DNA from: an uncultured Thermococci archaeon | GTDB lineage: Archaea > Methanobacteriota_B > Thermococci > Methanofastidiosales > B48-G16 | Reading direction: 5' to 3' | Assembly: GCA_964595645.1 (NCBI GenBank) | Contig: CAZQQT010000001.1 | Span: 128,001-192,000 of the forward strand | Length of the DNA: 64,000 nucleotides | Notes under the pieces: model-generated | What the model was told of the DNA's origin: nothing | The model's database searches: none | Seen by the model: only the letters and a program-made list of their open reading frames with translations | In this document: positions 49,167-59,615 of the stretch, in pieces | Layout of the letters: every line of letters begins with the position of its first letter | Numbering within the stretch: the stretch's first letter is position 1 | Translations under genes and position numbers: made by a program

Positions 49167-50999
49167 ATGTCCAGTGAAAAAAAGAAAAATGCAGAAGAAA
49201 TCGATCATGGATTAGGATACGAATTTGAGACAACAGAGGAGATCCCCATTCCAGACAACCTGATAGATCAGGTTATTGGACAGGATCGAGGCGTTGAGAT
49301 AATCAAAAAGGCTGCACAGCAGCGAAGAAATGTACTTCTTATCGGGGATCCGGGCAACGGTAAATCTATGCTCGGTCAGGCAATGGCAGAACTTCTTCCG
49401 AAGGAGGAGCTGGAGGACATCCTCGTGTACCCGAATCCCGATGATCCTAATACTCCACGAATTCGAGTTGTGAGGGCGAGAAAAGGGAGAAGGCTCGTTG
49501 ACGAGTATAAACAGCGGGCCCAGCGAGATGAACGAAGTAAACGAATGATGTTGATTCTCATCTCTATGTCAGTCGTCCTTTACGGATTTTACATCGGACA
49601 AGTGTTGATGGCAGTGTTTGTGGCCGTAATCACCATTTTCCTCGGCACACAGCTATTAAAATCAAAATCTGAGACGCTTGTTCCGAAACTTCTTGTCGAT
49701 AATGGTGATACTGATAAGGTACCCTTTGTGGATGCCACAGGCGCACACGCCGGAGCGCTTCTGGGTGATGTGCGGCACGATCCCTTCCAGTCAGGGGGTA
49801 TGGGCACACCGGCCCATGAGCGTGTAGAGTCAGGCATGATTCATCGGGCCCATAAAGGAGTGCTCTTCATCGACGAGATCTCCACATTCAAGATTAACAT
49901 GCAGCAGGCAATGCTCACAGCGTTACAGAATAAAGAGTACCCTATCACAGGTCAGAGTGAGATGTCGTCCGGTGCCATGGTAAGAACAAAAAAGGTCCCG
50001 TGCGATTTCATTTTAGTGGCTGCAGGAAACTTAGAAACGCTCAAGGCCATGCATCCAGCCCTCAGATCACGAATGCGGGGCTACGGTTACGAGTTCTATA
50101 TGAACAACACCATGCCTGACACTGTAGAAAACAGAAGAAAATTGGTACAGGTCGTTGCGCAGGAAGTAGATAAAGATGGGAAGATCCCTCATTTTACAAA
50201 AAATGCTGTGAAAGAAGTAGTGAACGAAGCAAGGAGACGTGCAGAGAGAAAAAACAGCCTCACGCTCATCATACGGGATCTCGGCGGCATGATCCGTTCA
50301 GCTGGTGATATTGCAGTGAAAAAAGGAGCCAAATACGTGACGGTAGAGCATGTGAAGGAGGCGAGATCCTTCGCCCGATCACTTGAACACCAGGTAGCAG
50401 ATAACTACACGGAGAAGAAAAAAGAGTACAGAGTATTCAACACATCTGGTTCAGAGGTTGGGAGAGTCAATGGCCTCGCTGTCCTTGGAGGAAAAAGTGG
50501 CATCATCATGCCCATAGAAGCTGAGGTGGCACCTGCCGAGAGTAAGAACGAAGGAAACATCATTGCCACCGGTAAGCTTGGTGATATTGCAGAAGAGTCT
50601 ATCCTGAACGTTTCCGCACTCATCAAGAAATATACAGGAAAAGAGATATCTAATTACGATATTCACATTCAGTTCTTACAGTCTTACGAGGGTGTAGAAG
50701 GCGATTCAGCAAGCGTGAGCGTGGCAGCTTCTGTGATCTCGGCGATTAAAAACCGACCGATACGACAAGACGTCGCCTTGACTGGATCGTTGAGTGTTCG
50801 GGGAAAGGTTCTGCCTGTTGGAGGAATCACCGCAAAAGTAGAGGCAGCGATAGGTGCCGGTATGAAGGAAGTAATTCTTCCTGAGTCCAATAAGGAGGAT
50901 GTGTATTTGGAGGAGAAGGACAGAAAGAATATCACGATCACTACGGTCTCCACGCTCGAGGAACTTCTTGAGCACGTATTCACAAAGGTGGAGGAATGA
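49167..50999 (+). CDS. lonB: Membrane-anchored ATP-dependent protease LonB
   Basis: GDPGNGKS, TM insertion, FIDE, EGDSAS, PVGG...K. Confidence 0.95.
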   Translation: MSSEKKKNAEEIDHGLGYEFETTEEIPIPDNLIDQVIGQDRGVEIIKKAAQQRRNVLLIGDPGNGKSMLGQAMAELLPKEELEDILVYPNPDDPNTPRIRVVRARKGRRLVDEYKQRAQRDERSKRMMLILISMSVVLYGFYIGQVLMAVFVAVITIFLGTQLLKSKSETLVPKLLVDNGDTDKVPFVDATGAHAGALLGDVRHDPFQSGGMGTPAHERVESGMIHRAHKGVLFIDEISTFKINMQQAMLTALQNKEYPITGQSEMSSGAMVRTKKVPCDFILVAAGNLETLKAMHPALRSRMRGYGYEFYMNNTMPDTVENRRKLVQVVAQEVDKDGKIPHFTKNAVKEVVNEARRRAERKNSLTLIIRDLGGMIRSAGDIAVKKGAKYVTVEHVKEARSFARSLEHQVADNYTEKKKEYRVFNTSGSEVGRVNGLAVLGGKSGIIMPIEAEVAPAESKNEGNIIATGKLGDIAEESILNVSALIKKYTGKEISNYDIHIQFLQSYEGVEGDSASVSVAASVISAIKNRPIRQDVALTGSLSVRGKVLPVGGITAKVEAAIGAGMKEVILPESNKEDVYLEEKDRKNITITTVSTLEELLEHVFTKVEE

Positions 51000-51586
51000 T
51001 TCGCGAGCATATCTCCACCGGAATGGATTCTAACGTGTTCGTGATAGATAATTCTAAAATTATTCTCATCGACGCGGGTACAGGAAGGAACAAATCGCTC
51101 ATCGACTTCATTGCTTCCTTTGAGATTGATCTTCTCATCAACACACACTGCCACATCGATCATGTAGGTGGTGATCCCAAGGACGTCCCCGTTGCCATAG
51201 GTGCCCACGATGCCGATGATCTTGAGAAAGGAACAAAAAAGACATTATACCACTTTGGTGTTTCTGCGTTTGATGGAGTTCCGGTGTCGAAACGGTTAAA
51301 AGAAGGAGACACGATAGAGACTGACGACTACCGACTGGAAGTTCTTCACACACCGGGACACACGAACGGCAGTATCTGTCTTTATGACGAAGCCAAAAAG
51401 ATCTTATTTTCCGGTGACACACTATTTGTGGATGGAATCGGAAGAACGGATTTCCCCTCGGGGAGCAGGAGTGATCTGAAGGACTCGTTGGAACGGCTGG
51501 CTGATCTGGAGATCGAGAAGATATATCCTGGTCATGGAAAAACAGGTGCATGCGATATTACGCGCATACTTAATTTCTGGTTTTGA
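50996..51586 (+). CDS. MBL-fold metallohydrolase
   Basis: THCHIDH, TPGHT, SGD, PGHG. Confidence 0.9.
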   Translation: MIREHISTGMDSNVFVIDNSKIILIDAGTGRNKSLIDFIASFEIDLLINTHCHIDHVGGDPKDVPVAIGAHDADDLEKGTKKTLYHFGVSAFDGVPVSKRLKEGDTIETDDYRLEVLHTPGHTNGSICLYDEAKKILFSGDTLFVDGIGRTDFPSGSRSDLKDSLERLADLEIEKIYPGHGKTGACDITRILNFWF

Positions 51587-51595
51587 GGTGTAACG

Positions 51596-53188
51596 ATGGA
51601 AAAGATATTCTGGTGTGACACACTGGTGGATGAAATTTTAGAGAGAGAGGATCAGTTAGAGGAAAAATCAGAGGAGTTTATCACAGAAAGTGGACTTGGT
51701 GCCTCCGGGATACCGCACATCGGGTCTGCAGGTGACGGTATTAGGGCGTATATGGTATACCTTGCACTCAAGGATAGGGAACTTAACGCCAACTACTACG
51801 CTGTCTCTGATGATAGAGATGGACTTCGAAAGGTACCCATTGGATTTCCAAAGGAGCTGGAGAAAGAGATAGGACGCCCCGTATCGCACATTGAAGATCC
51901 CTTTGGATGTCACGATTCCTATGGAGCGCATATGTCATCCCTTCTTATCGATGCGCTGGAGAAAGTGGGCGTCGAGTTTGAGTTTGTCTCCTCCGATAAG
52001 ATTTACGAGGAAGGAGTACTTGATACAGAGATTAAAGAAATTTTGGGGAACTATAAGCAAGCTGGAGAGATTATTAAGAGAGTGACAGATCAGGAGAAGT
52101 ACACTGAAGAGTACCCCTTTTTTGTTATCTGCGAGAACTGTGGAAGGATCTATACCACCCGTGTGACGGCGTTCCATGGAGATACCGTTGAATATGTCTG
52201 CGATGAGAGTTTCCTCGGGAAAAACTCGGAAACAGGGGAGGAAATCCCCGTAGAAGGCTGCGGTCACGAAGGAGAGGCCTCAATACGGAACGGGAAACTC
52301 CAGTGGAAGGTGGAGTTTGCTGCTCGATGGAGGGCGTTAAAGGTGAACTTCGAGGCCTTCGGGAAGGATATATTGGATTCTGTGAGGGTAAATGATGCAA
52401 TTTCTCGGGAGATACTGAATTTCGAACCTCCTGTTCACGCACTGTACGAGCTTTTCGTCGAGAAAGGAGGAGAAAGGATCTCCAAGAGTAAGGGGAACGT
52501 ATTCACTCCCCAAGTATGGCTGAAGTACGGTTCACCGGAGTCCATGCGACTCTTGATGCTGAAGCGGTTGAACTACACACGTGTAGTGAACCCTCAAGAG
52601 ATTCCGAAACTTATGGAGGAGGTGGATTACCTCGCCAATGTGTACTTTGGAGAGGAAGAGATCCAGAATGAGAGGGAACGATCCCATCTGACACGGCTGT
52701 ACGAGTACGTTCACCGTCTCAATCCACCCGATGAGAAACCACTCACCCTCTCGTACTCAACGCTCAGTAATATCTGCAGTGTGTTGCCACGGGAAGTAAA
52801 AAGTCGATATGATATAATTAAAGGTATTCTTCAGCGAACAGGGCTCCTTCCAAAGGATTTTGATGAGTCAGTGTTGCAGGAGAGAATAGAGTATGCAACG
52901 ACCTTTGTAGAAGACGTTGGAGAAGGTGAAAGGGAAAAAGTGCAGCTGGAACCCGAGGAAAAAAACGCTCTGGATGCATTCAGTGAGAAACTGAAGAGGG
53001 ATATGAAGGAGGAAGATGTGCAGACGCTCATATTCGAGACAGCAAAGGAACATGGAATACGTCCCGGGAATTTTTTCAAAGCCATCTATAAGGTAATTCT
53101 TGGTGTGGACCAAGGACCAAGGGCCGGCCCACTGATAAAAACTATTGGTGTGAAGCGAGTGAAGGAGTTAATCTCCAAGCATTCGTAA
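51596..53188 (+). CDS. lysS: Class I lysyl-tRNA synthetase
   Basis: SG.PHIGS, GKLQWKVE, ISKSKGN, GPRAG. Confidence 0.95.
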   Translation: MEKIFWCDTLVDEILEREDQLEEKSEEFITESGLGASGIPHIGSAGDGIRAYMVYLALKDRELNANYYAVSDDRDGLRKVPIGFPKELEKEIGRPVSHIEDPFGCHDSYGAHMSSLLIDALEKVGVEFEFVSSDKIYEEGVLDTEIKEILGNYKQAGEIIKRVTDQEKYTEEYPFFVICENCGRIYTTRVTAFHGDTVEYVCDESFLGKNSETGEEIPVEGCGHEGEASIRNGKLQWKVEFAARWRALKVNFEAFGKDILDSVRVNDAISREILNFEPPVHALYELFVEKGGERISKSKGNVFTPQVWLKYGSPESMRLLMLKRLNYTRVVNPQEIPKLMEEVDYLANVYFGEEEIQNERERSHLTRLYEYVHRLNPPDEKPLTLSYSTLSNICSVLPREVKSRYDIIKGILQRTGLLPKDFDESVLQERIEYATTFVEDVGEGEREKVQLEPEEKNALDAFSEKLKRDMKEEDVQTLIFETAKEHGIRPGNFFKAIYKVILGVDQGPRAGPLIKTIGVKRVKELISKHS

Positions 53189-53248
53189 GGCTGAATAGTT
53201 TCACTGTTCACCCTAAGATTTTTATGTAAAGCTATCGAGACTATAAGT

Positions 53249-54001
53249 ATGGATAGGAGTATTATAGGGTATGTAGCGTTAATTGTGTCTATAGTGTACT
53301 ACTCGATTCTTGCATCATTTATTGGCCAAGGTCTTTTTTCTCAAGCGAGCTTGGTGGAGCGATACGTCGTCGTCACTACATTATTTTTGATGATATTTTT
53401 CAATATATTCATCGGAAGCTACGTGCTTGGTGTAGAATCACAAGCTCAGAAGGGAGAGATAAGAGATCAGTTCTATAAACTTGAGCGATCTGAAGCAATC
53501 GACGAGATTATCTCTCATAAATTAAACAATCTCAACCAAGTTGCGTTAGGCTATCTTAACATGTTAGAGGAAGAAGAGATAACCGATAAAGGAAGAGATT
53601 ATTTAAAACGAGCCATCACCACTATTAGAAAGAGTGGAAGCACAATAGAGACGCTTAAACGGACAAAAAATATGGATAACTATGAGAAAGAAGAGATTGA
53701 GGTGAGTGAGATCCTTTCAGAGCTGGAAGATAAGTACAAAACAAGGAAGGAAATGAGTATAGATATCGATGGGAAATTTGTAGTGAGAACAACCCCACTG
53801 ATCTCCGATCTTCTCGAAGTAATCTTTTCTTCCGGCAGTAATTTACAGGTCCGTTCCCGTGAAGACATGAGGAATAAGTACCTAGTATTCAGAGGAGTTG
53901 GGGGGGACATGGATATCTCTCTCGCAAAAATGATTATCGAAGACTACGGTGATGTGATGATAGACGAAGAAGGCATCACCCTTCGATTTCCTAAGAGGTA
54001 G
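53249..54001 (+). CDS. Membrane protein with HisKA-like helix and degenerate HATPase remnant
   Basis: 2 TM helices, ISHKLNNLNQVALGYL; no N/G boxes seen. Confidence 0.6.
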   Translation: MDRSIIGYVALIVSIVYYSILASFIGQGLFSQASLVERYVVVTTLFLMIFFNIFIGSYVLGVESQAQKGEIRDQFYKLERSEAIDEIISHKLNNLNQVALGYLNMLEEEEITDKGRDYLKRAITTIRKSGSTIETLKRTKNMDNYEKEEIEVSEILSELEDKYKTRKEMSIDIDGKFVVRTTPLISDLLEVIFSSGSNLQVRSREDMRNKYLVFRGVGGDMDISLAKMIIEDYGDVMIDEEGITLRFPKR

Positions 54002-54126
54002 ATACAACGCACGTATAAGAGATCTTGTGTCTAAAGTAGCCTTCCTTGAGGTAGACTTTTCTTAATAGTGTCTGTGAGCATATGAAAACCGAGCAATCTT
54101 CTGATCAGCCATTAGTGAAGCAAGAG

Positions 54127-54199
54127 CGGACCCGGTGGGATTCGAACCCACGAAGACGAGGTCCGAAGCCTCGCGCCTTGTCCACTAGACTACGGGTCC
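54127..54199 (-). tRNA. tRNA-Arg (TCG)
   Basis: Acceptor GGACCCG/CGGGTCC, CGAGG-CT-TCG-GA-CCTCG, GTTCGAATC. Confidence 0.94.
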
Positions 54200-55885
54200 T
54201 TAAAACCATTCCTGCAACCGAGAAAGTACCTTCTCTTCATTGGTTATACCCGCTTGTTGAGTGAGCTCCCTATCGGTACCGGCGAGTATCAACACCAGTT
54301 GTTCATCTTCCCACACGTTTGTTTTTATAAACATTGTGGATGTTCCCTCCTCTCTCACCAGATCGATTTCATTTGCGTCCAGTGCAGTCTGGACGATATA
54401 GCCCACTCCATTATATGCATCGGGCCCACCGAGGATCACAAGTATCTTGTCCTCCTGATGTTCTGGGAAATCAGCCGCAGTGATTCTGGTGATACGCACG
54501 TTGTTCATATCGAGGAAGCTAAGAAAATCTTCGGCGAGGTTATAATCGATGTCATTTGCTACAACAGTTATCTGTACAGCGGTAACTTCGTAGGCTCCCA
54601 GATCAACTCCCTTTCCATAGGGTCTCGCCTTCCCCTCAAGGTCTGTTCCCGGTGCGTTTTCGGTCTTCCCAAAATCAATACAGGGCGAATTGATATCGAG
54701 TCTGAAGTTTTCGTTTTCTGCGTCAAGAAATCGAGGATTTTGGAATATATTGTATTCCATCTCGTACTGTTCGACTCCAGTGAAGTATCCGGGGGCAGGA
54801 TTCGGTGAAAAGTTATTGTAGCTTACTTCCACTGTTGATTCTTGGGAATATACAGCGTAATCTCCTCCAATAATGATATTGTTTTGGATCAATACATCTT
54901 GCGAGTTATGTGTCCATATATTTTCTGTGTTTTCGTAGAGTGTGTTATTCACTATTTTTGTGTTATCGCACCCAGAGAGCACAGAGATCCCATGCTTGTT
55001 TCCATAGAGAACATTGTTATAGAGCTTGCAGTTTTTTGACTCATACATTATTCTAATAGCATTTTCATTGGTATTTCTAATAATGTTTGAGTGTATAGTA
55101 TTATTAGGAGAGTTTTGAAGGTATATGCCCTTTTTTCCTCTCACTATTGTGTTCCCGTTGATAGTGGTGCTTTCCATATCTGTTGCCGCTATATGGGTGA
55201 TGTTATCCTGTAGAAAATTGTTTTCTATATATCCTTTTGATTTTTTGAAATTTATTCCTATGTCACAGTTGGTGATAACGGATTTTGAGATGGATATAAA
55301 CTGGGAGAGGGAGATCCCGATGCCAGTTGGCGAGTCGCTAATATTGGAGTTCACGATTGAGGAGTTAGAGACATTTTGGAAGTACACAGCGGATGCGTTG
55401 TGATTGGAGAAGCTCGTACTTTCCACAGAAGTGCTCGTGTTGTCTTCGCTGTGAAGACCGTACTCACAGGCATTCACGGTGCAGTTACGGATGCTCACCC
55501 CTCCGTTTCTTTCTACTTTTATTCCATAGGTACAGTTTTTCACTGTCAGAGAGTAGAGTATGGTACCCCCTGCGGTAATCTTTACGCCTTCAACCGCGTC
55601 TTGAACTGTCATTTTTGATATCTTCACATTTCGAGCCGTGATAGTGATACTTCCGCGTAGGATGGAGGAGTCCCCTTCCAGTGTCAGCCGTTTATTTATC
55701 GTGATGTTTTCTGTGTAAGTTCCCTTTCTGATCTGTATCCTGTCCCCAGATGCAGCGTGTGCGATGGCTTCTCCGATGCTGGGGTAATCGTCGGGTACGG
55801 TGATAACGCTGGCTTTTCCAGTAGGCACAGTACCTGCGAATATCAATAGTAGTATAATAGCAAACCCCAGCATGCAACGTTTCAT
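54200..55885 (-). CDS. Secreted NosD/parallel beta-helix surface protein
   Basis: Signal peptide, VPDDYPSI..AI, Asn-rich beta-helix repeats, DLGAYE, C-terminal ILGGPDAY...AGTDR domain. Confidence 0.82.
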   Translation of the reverse strand: MKRCMLGFAIILLLIFAGTVPTGKASVITVPDDYPSIGEAIAHAASGDRIQIRKGTYTENITINKRLTLEGDSSILRGSITITARNVKISKMTVQDAVEGVKITAGGTILYSLTVKNCTYGIKVERNGGVSIRNCTVNACEYGLHSEDNTSTSVESTSFSNHNASAVYFQNVSNSSIVNSNISDSPTGIGISLSQFISISKSVITNCDIGINFKKSKGYIENNFLQDNITHIAATDMESTTINGNTIVRGKKGIYLQNSPNNTIHSNIIRNTNENAIRIMYESKNCKLYNNVLYGNKHGISVLSGCDNTKIVNNTLYENTENIWTHNSQDVLIQNNIIIGGDYAVYSQESTVEVSYNNFSPNPAPGYFTGVEQYEMEYNIFQNPRFLDAENENFRLDINSPCIDFGKTENAPGTDLEGKARPYGKGVDLGAYEVTAVQITVVANDIDYNLAEDFLSFLDMNNVRITRITAADFPEHQEDKILVILGGPDAYNGVGYIVQTALDANEIDLVREEGTSTMFIKTNVWEDEQLVLILAGTDRELTQQAGITNEEKVLSRLQEWF

Positions 55886-56181
55886 TTATCTCACATATAT
55901 TGATACGTAAGCTACATTTATAAATTTAATGTCTGGCTAAGTAGACGTTAGTAAGAGATTCTACTTTATCTAAATAATATGTCCGAAATAACTAATATAC
56001 TATGAGTGTGTTCTTCTTCTATCATTCTCATTTCATTTGGAATCCTAGAAAAGGTGGTCCATACGAATTCTACTAAAGAAAATGAATTAGGTAGAATAAT
56101 GCTTAATGAGAGAAAATAAGTTAACCAAAGGGTTAAATTGGTGTTTGTGTATCTAGACACATTCTTTTTCCTGGTATAGTG

Positions 56182-56370
56182 CTATATCCCACCGCCAAAG
56201 ATGAAGAGTAACACTATCAGTATGATGGGGAATGCCATAAGAAGATATATGTATCGTTTTTGCTTCTTTACTCGATCTCTATAGTCATTTTCGCATTCTT
56301 CCGAACAGAATCGTTCTTCCGATGAGATCGTTTTCCCACATATCACACAGTGTCTATGAGGTTCTACCAT
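56182..56370 (-). CDS. DUF2116-type Zn-ribbon membrane protein
   Basis: PHRHCVICG...FCSEEC plus C-terminal TM helix. Confidence 0.82.
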   Translation of the reverse strand: MVEPHRHCVICGKTISSEERFCSEECENDYRDRVKKQKRYIYLLMAFPIILIVLLFIFGGGI

Positions 56371-56520
56371 GTATGCAGTATACTCAGTACGTTTAAAAGG
56401 TTTGTCATATCGAAGAGAAGAAATAAGATATTTCATTCTATTTCTAGCGCCCTATCACTTTACGAGTTTTTCTTTAGAGAACGAAACCCTTAAATACTAT
56501 ATTCAAGAGTATTCTTTTTA

Positions 56521-57558
56521 ATGAAGGAGAATATGAATATGCTGAAACTTGTATTCTCTGTTCTTGTGATAATAACAGTAGTTTTTATCCTCCTCGTCTC
56601 TCTAACTGTTCAAGGATCCACCGATGTGAGATGGGGACATGTAGGAGCTGAGATTGCTGTTACAGTTTTTGTATTCGGGTGGATACTCCTGTTTAGCTTG
56701 CTCATTAGACGGCGATATGTGGAGAGAAAGGTGTATATGCTCCTTCTCCCTGGATTCTGTCTAATGTACATGGGTGTGCTTCTCAATGTCTTGGATGATT
56801 TTTATGTGTTTAACCTCTTCTGGAGGACGCTGGAAGATGTAACAATAGTAATCAGTACAATTTTGGTCACGCTGGGCGTTTATCTTCATATCAGCGAGCT
56901 ACAACGAACACGTCGGGAAATGGAGTTTTATACCGATGCACTCGCCCGTGATATTGGGGATCTCAGTCAACTTGGACTTACACACCTTCAGATACTTAAG
57001 AGTGCCGATGATGAAGCGACAAAAAAAGAGGGAATAGAGGGTATCAAAAGCACGATACGAAAAACTTCACGTCTCGCAGAAGCTGTAAAAATACTGAAAG
57101 AGATAGAGGACACGAAATTAGAAAAAGTCGATCTCGATGAGTCATTAGAGACATCACTACGGAGAATACGAGAATACTCCAATCGAGAGATTGATGTGAA
57201 TCTCAGCATGGAAAAACGATGTTATGTTAGGGCCAATGAGTTTTTGGATACCATGTTCTTCAATTTTTTTGAACTGATGGTAGAGAAGAGCTCCCATGAT
57301 CCAGTGAAATTGTATATTCAGGTGACAAAGAAGTATGGGCTATGTGTTATTCACATTCACAACTACAGTCTCACTCTTACGTCGGAACGAAAGAAAGAGA
57401 TCCTAGAGACTCTTGAAAATCTCTCTAAAGACACGTACTTGGAACTTTACGTTGCAAAAAGAATTCTCGAACGTTTTCACGGAACCTTTACACTTCATGA
57501 CATGGATGAGGAAACAAGAGTGACTGTAAGCATTCCGCTCACGCCGGATGCGTATTAA
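56521..57558 (+). CDS. Membrane sensor histidine-kinase-like protein, catalytically degenerate
   Basis: 4 TM helices; LARDIGDLSQ (His replaced by Arg); eroded N/G1/G2 boxes. Confidence 0.65.
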   Translation: MKENMNMLKLVFSVLVIITVVFILLVSLTVQGSTDVRWGHVGAEIAVTVFVFGWILLFSLLIRRRYVERKVYMLLLPGFCLMYMGVLLNVLDDFYVFNLFWRTLEDVTIVISTILVTLGVYLHISELQRTRREMEFYTDALARDIGDLSQLGLTHLQILKSADDEATKKEGIEGIKSTIRKTSRLAEAVKILKEIEDTKLEKVDLDESLETSLRRIREYSNREIDVNLSMEKRCYVRANEFLDTMFFNFFELMVEKSSHDPVKLYIQVTKKYGLCVIHIHNYSLTLTSERKKEILETLENLSKDTYLELYVAKRILERFHGTFTLHDMDEETRVTVSIPLTPDAY

Positions 57559-57643
57559 TCAGCGTTTCTTTTTTTCTTTCACCGAAAAAATTTATATATA
57601 ATATTCAAATATGAACTGCAGAGTTATTAGAATGGTGATCAAT

Positions 57644-57718
57644 ATGAGAAAAATAAAAGGAGGAATTCTGGCAGTAATTTTTTTCTTTTTCTTATTTAAA
57701 AATTACTCCTTTTTTTAA
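57644..57718 (+). pseudogene. Signal-peptide relic paralogous to the 4617 gene
   Basis: MRKIKGGILAVIFF... versus MRKIKGGIIAATFV...; GGTGA RBS and TTTATATA upstream; stops after 24 codons. Confidence 0.5.
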
Positions 57719-58108
57719 AAACACTTTTTAAAATTTGATTAAAGGTTTAAATGCAACAATTCCGGTGTGAATGCTACTTTTTCTAAATATTGAGAAAAAT
57801 CTAGTTTTAAATAAGACATATGAGTGGGAGCAGAAAAAGAGACATTAGCTTGCGGAACAAGATCAGTTGCAGTAGCTTCTTCTGCTTACCCCTTCATGTT
57901 ATCGCGAAATCACGGTAAAAACTAAAGGAGAAGATTAAGCATTAGGATCGGATAAAAACTTAGAAAATATTTATTTTCTCAGTGATATCGGTACAGAGTA
58001 AAAAAGGACCAATGAACGTTTTTTAAATGAGTCTTTCGAGGAGTGATCTAGATAATTAGTACATAGTATTATCCTACATTAATAAGAAAATTCCACAGTG
58101 GTGATAAG

Positions 58109-59341
58109 ATGTGGCGATGGAATAGTAAATCGAAGATACTTGGCAAATGGGCTATTATTCTCATACTGTTGAGTGCGACACTCGTAGGGTTCATCGCGAG
58201 AATGAGTGTCTCCGTCGCACTCCCTTCCATAACACAGGAATTCAACTGGTCGAGTGTGCAGCAGGGAAGGCTTGGGGGTATCTTGTTGGGGATCTTTCTC
58301 ATAAGTTACGGATTCTCCAATGTTTTTCTTAGTCCATGGATCGATACACTTGGTGCGAAGGTCATGTTAAGTGCAGCTTCGCTGGTAACGGCAATTTCAT
58401 TATTGTTTGCCGGGGCGTTTGGACATATCTACTACTTATTTTTATTCTCTCGAATTTTGTTGGGATTGGCTCAGGGAGTTGTTTTTCCTTCTGCGAGTAA
58501 AGTTACGGCACAATGGTTTCCTATGAAAAAAAGAGCGCAGGCCAATTCCGTTTTTTTGAGCGGCGGACCACTCGGTTCTTTCCTCTCACCACTTATATTA
58601 ACACCGCTTATCACCTCTACCTCGTGGGAGATCGCCTTTTACTTTGTCGGGATTCTAAATTTCTTGGTTGTACTACCTATTCTTTTTTTATTAGATGAAA
58701 ACAAAAATCAAGCAACGAAAAATCCTAAAAACGACAAATTCACCATAAATCACAGTATACGAGAATTACTCGCCAAAAAACAATTTCAAGTGATACTCGT
58801 GACTTTTACCGTGACGTTAGTGATTTGGTGGGGTCTGTCTCTTTGGCTCCCCACGTATCTTGTCGATGTCAAAGGATTCGATTTAAGTGAGATGAAATAT
58901 GGTGCCAGTTTTACCTATCTCGGTGCAGCGTTGGGCATGTATGCAGCTTCCTGGATGAGTGATGTTACAGGCGGGAGGAAAACAGTGATTGTTTCATCAC
59001 TTACATTGACTACAGTCTTGATCCTCTCCCTCACAGTCTTAGATATACAATCCAAAACTGTGGGGTTACTCCTGCTCTTCACGATTTTCTTCGTTAGCAC
59101 AATGCCGTCTCCAGTATTCTTCACGATATTACAGACTAAAGTGCCCAATTCGCTTATAGGGTCTGCCTCAGGGGTCATGAATGGTGTGGGCAATGGAGTT
59201 GGAGTAATAGGTCCTCTATCGGTAGGGTTCGTAGTCTCGTTGACGGGTTCTTACAATTGGGGATTGATTCTCCTAGGCCTAATCGCCCTCACAGGTGGCC
59301 TTCTCTTCAAATGGCTGTACCATGAAGAAGATATTTCTTGA
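58109..59341 (+). CDS. MFS transporter
   Basis: About 12 TM helices, RILLGLAQG..FP, WFP..KR, SD..GGRK. Confidence 0.9.
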   Translation: MWRWNSKSKILGKWAIILILLSATLVGFIARMSVSVALPSITQEFNWSSVQQGRLGGILLGIFLISYGFSNVFLSPWIDTLGAKVMLSAASLVTAISLLFAGAFGHIYYLFLFSRILLGLAQGVVFPSASKVTAQWFPMKKRAQANSVFLSGGPLGSFLSPLILTPLITSTSWEIAFYFVGILNFLVVLPILFLLDENKNQATKNPKNDKFTINHSIRELLAKKQFQVILVTFTVTLVIWWGLSLWLPTYLVDVKGFDLSEMKYGASFTYLGAALGMYAASWMSDVTGGRKTVIVSSLTLTTVLILSLTVLDIQSKTVGLLLLFTIFFVSTMPSPVFFTILQTKVPNSLIGSASGVMNGVGNGVGVIGPLSVGFVVSLTGSYNWGLILLGLIALTGGLLFKWLYHEEDIS

Positions 59342-59442
59342 GAAATTGTTCGAAGGATCTTGCAGTAGAAAGATATGAGATAGTTCTTTAGGGGAGATCC
59401 CTCAGTAATTGTTGTGGATCAGGACTAAAATAGAATTACAAG

Positions 59443-59516
59443 TCCCGACGGCCGGATTTGAACCAGCGATCCGCGGATCTACAGTCCGCTGCCCTTCCAG
59501 ACTAGGCCACGTCGGG
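59443..59516 (-). tRNA. tRNA-Tyr (GTA), intronless
   Basis: C1-G72 acceptor CCCGACG/CGTCGGG, GCGGA-CT-GTA-GA-TCCGC, GGTTCAAATCC. Confidence 0.95.
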
Positions 59517-59615
59517 TACAGGTGTAGTTTGCAAAATGCATTTATTAAGTTTTCGGTAGAGTTTTTTCCCACTTCATGAGCAGAAATTTAAATGTATTCC
59601 ACTCATTCCATAGTA

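Noticed and set aside
55966-56160. 64-aa ORF in AT-rich intergenic DNA
   Set aside because: No RBS or recognisable motif; cannot be supported
54127-59516. tRNA-anchored integrated element
   Set aside because: No duplicated tRNA 3' end and no integrase found by eye
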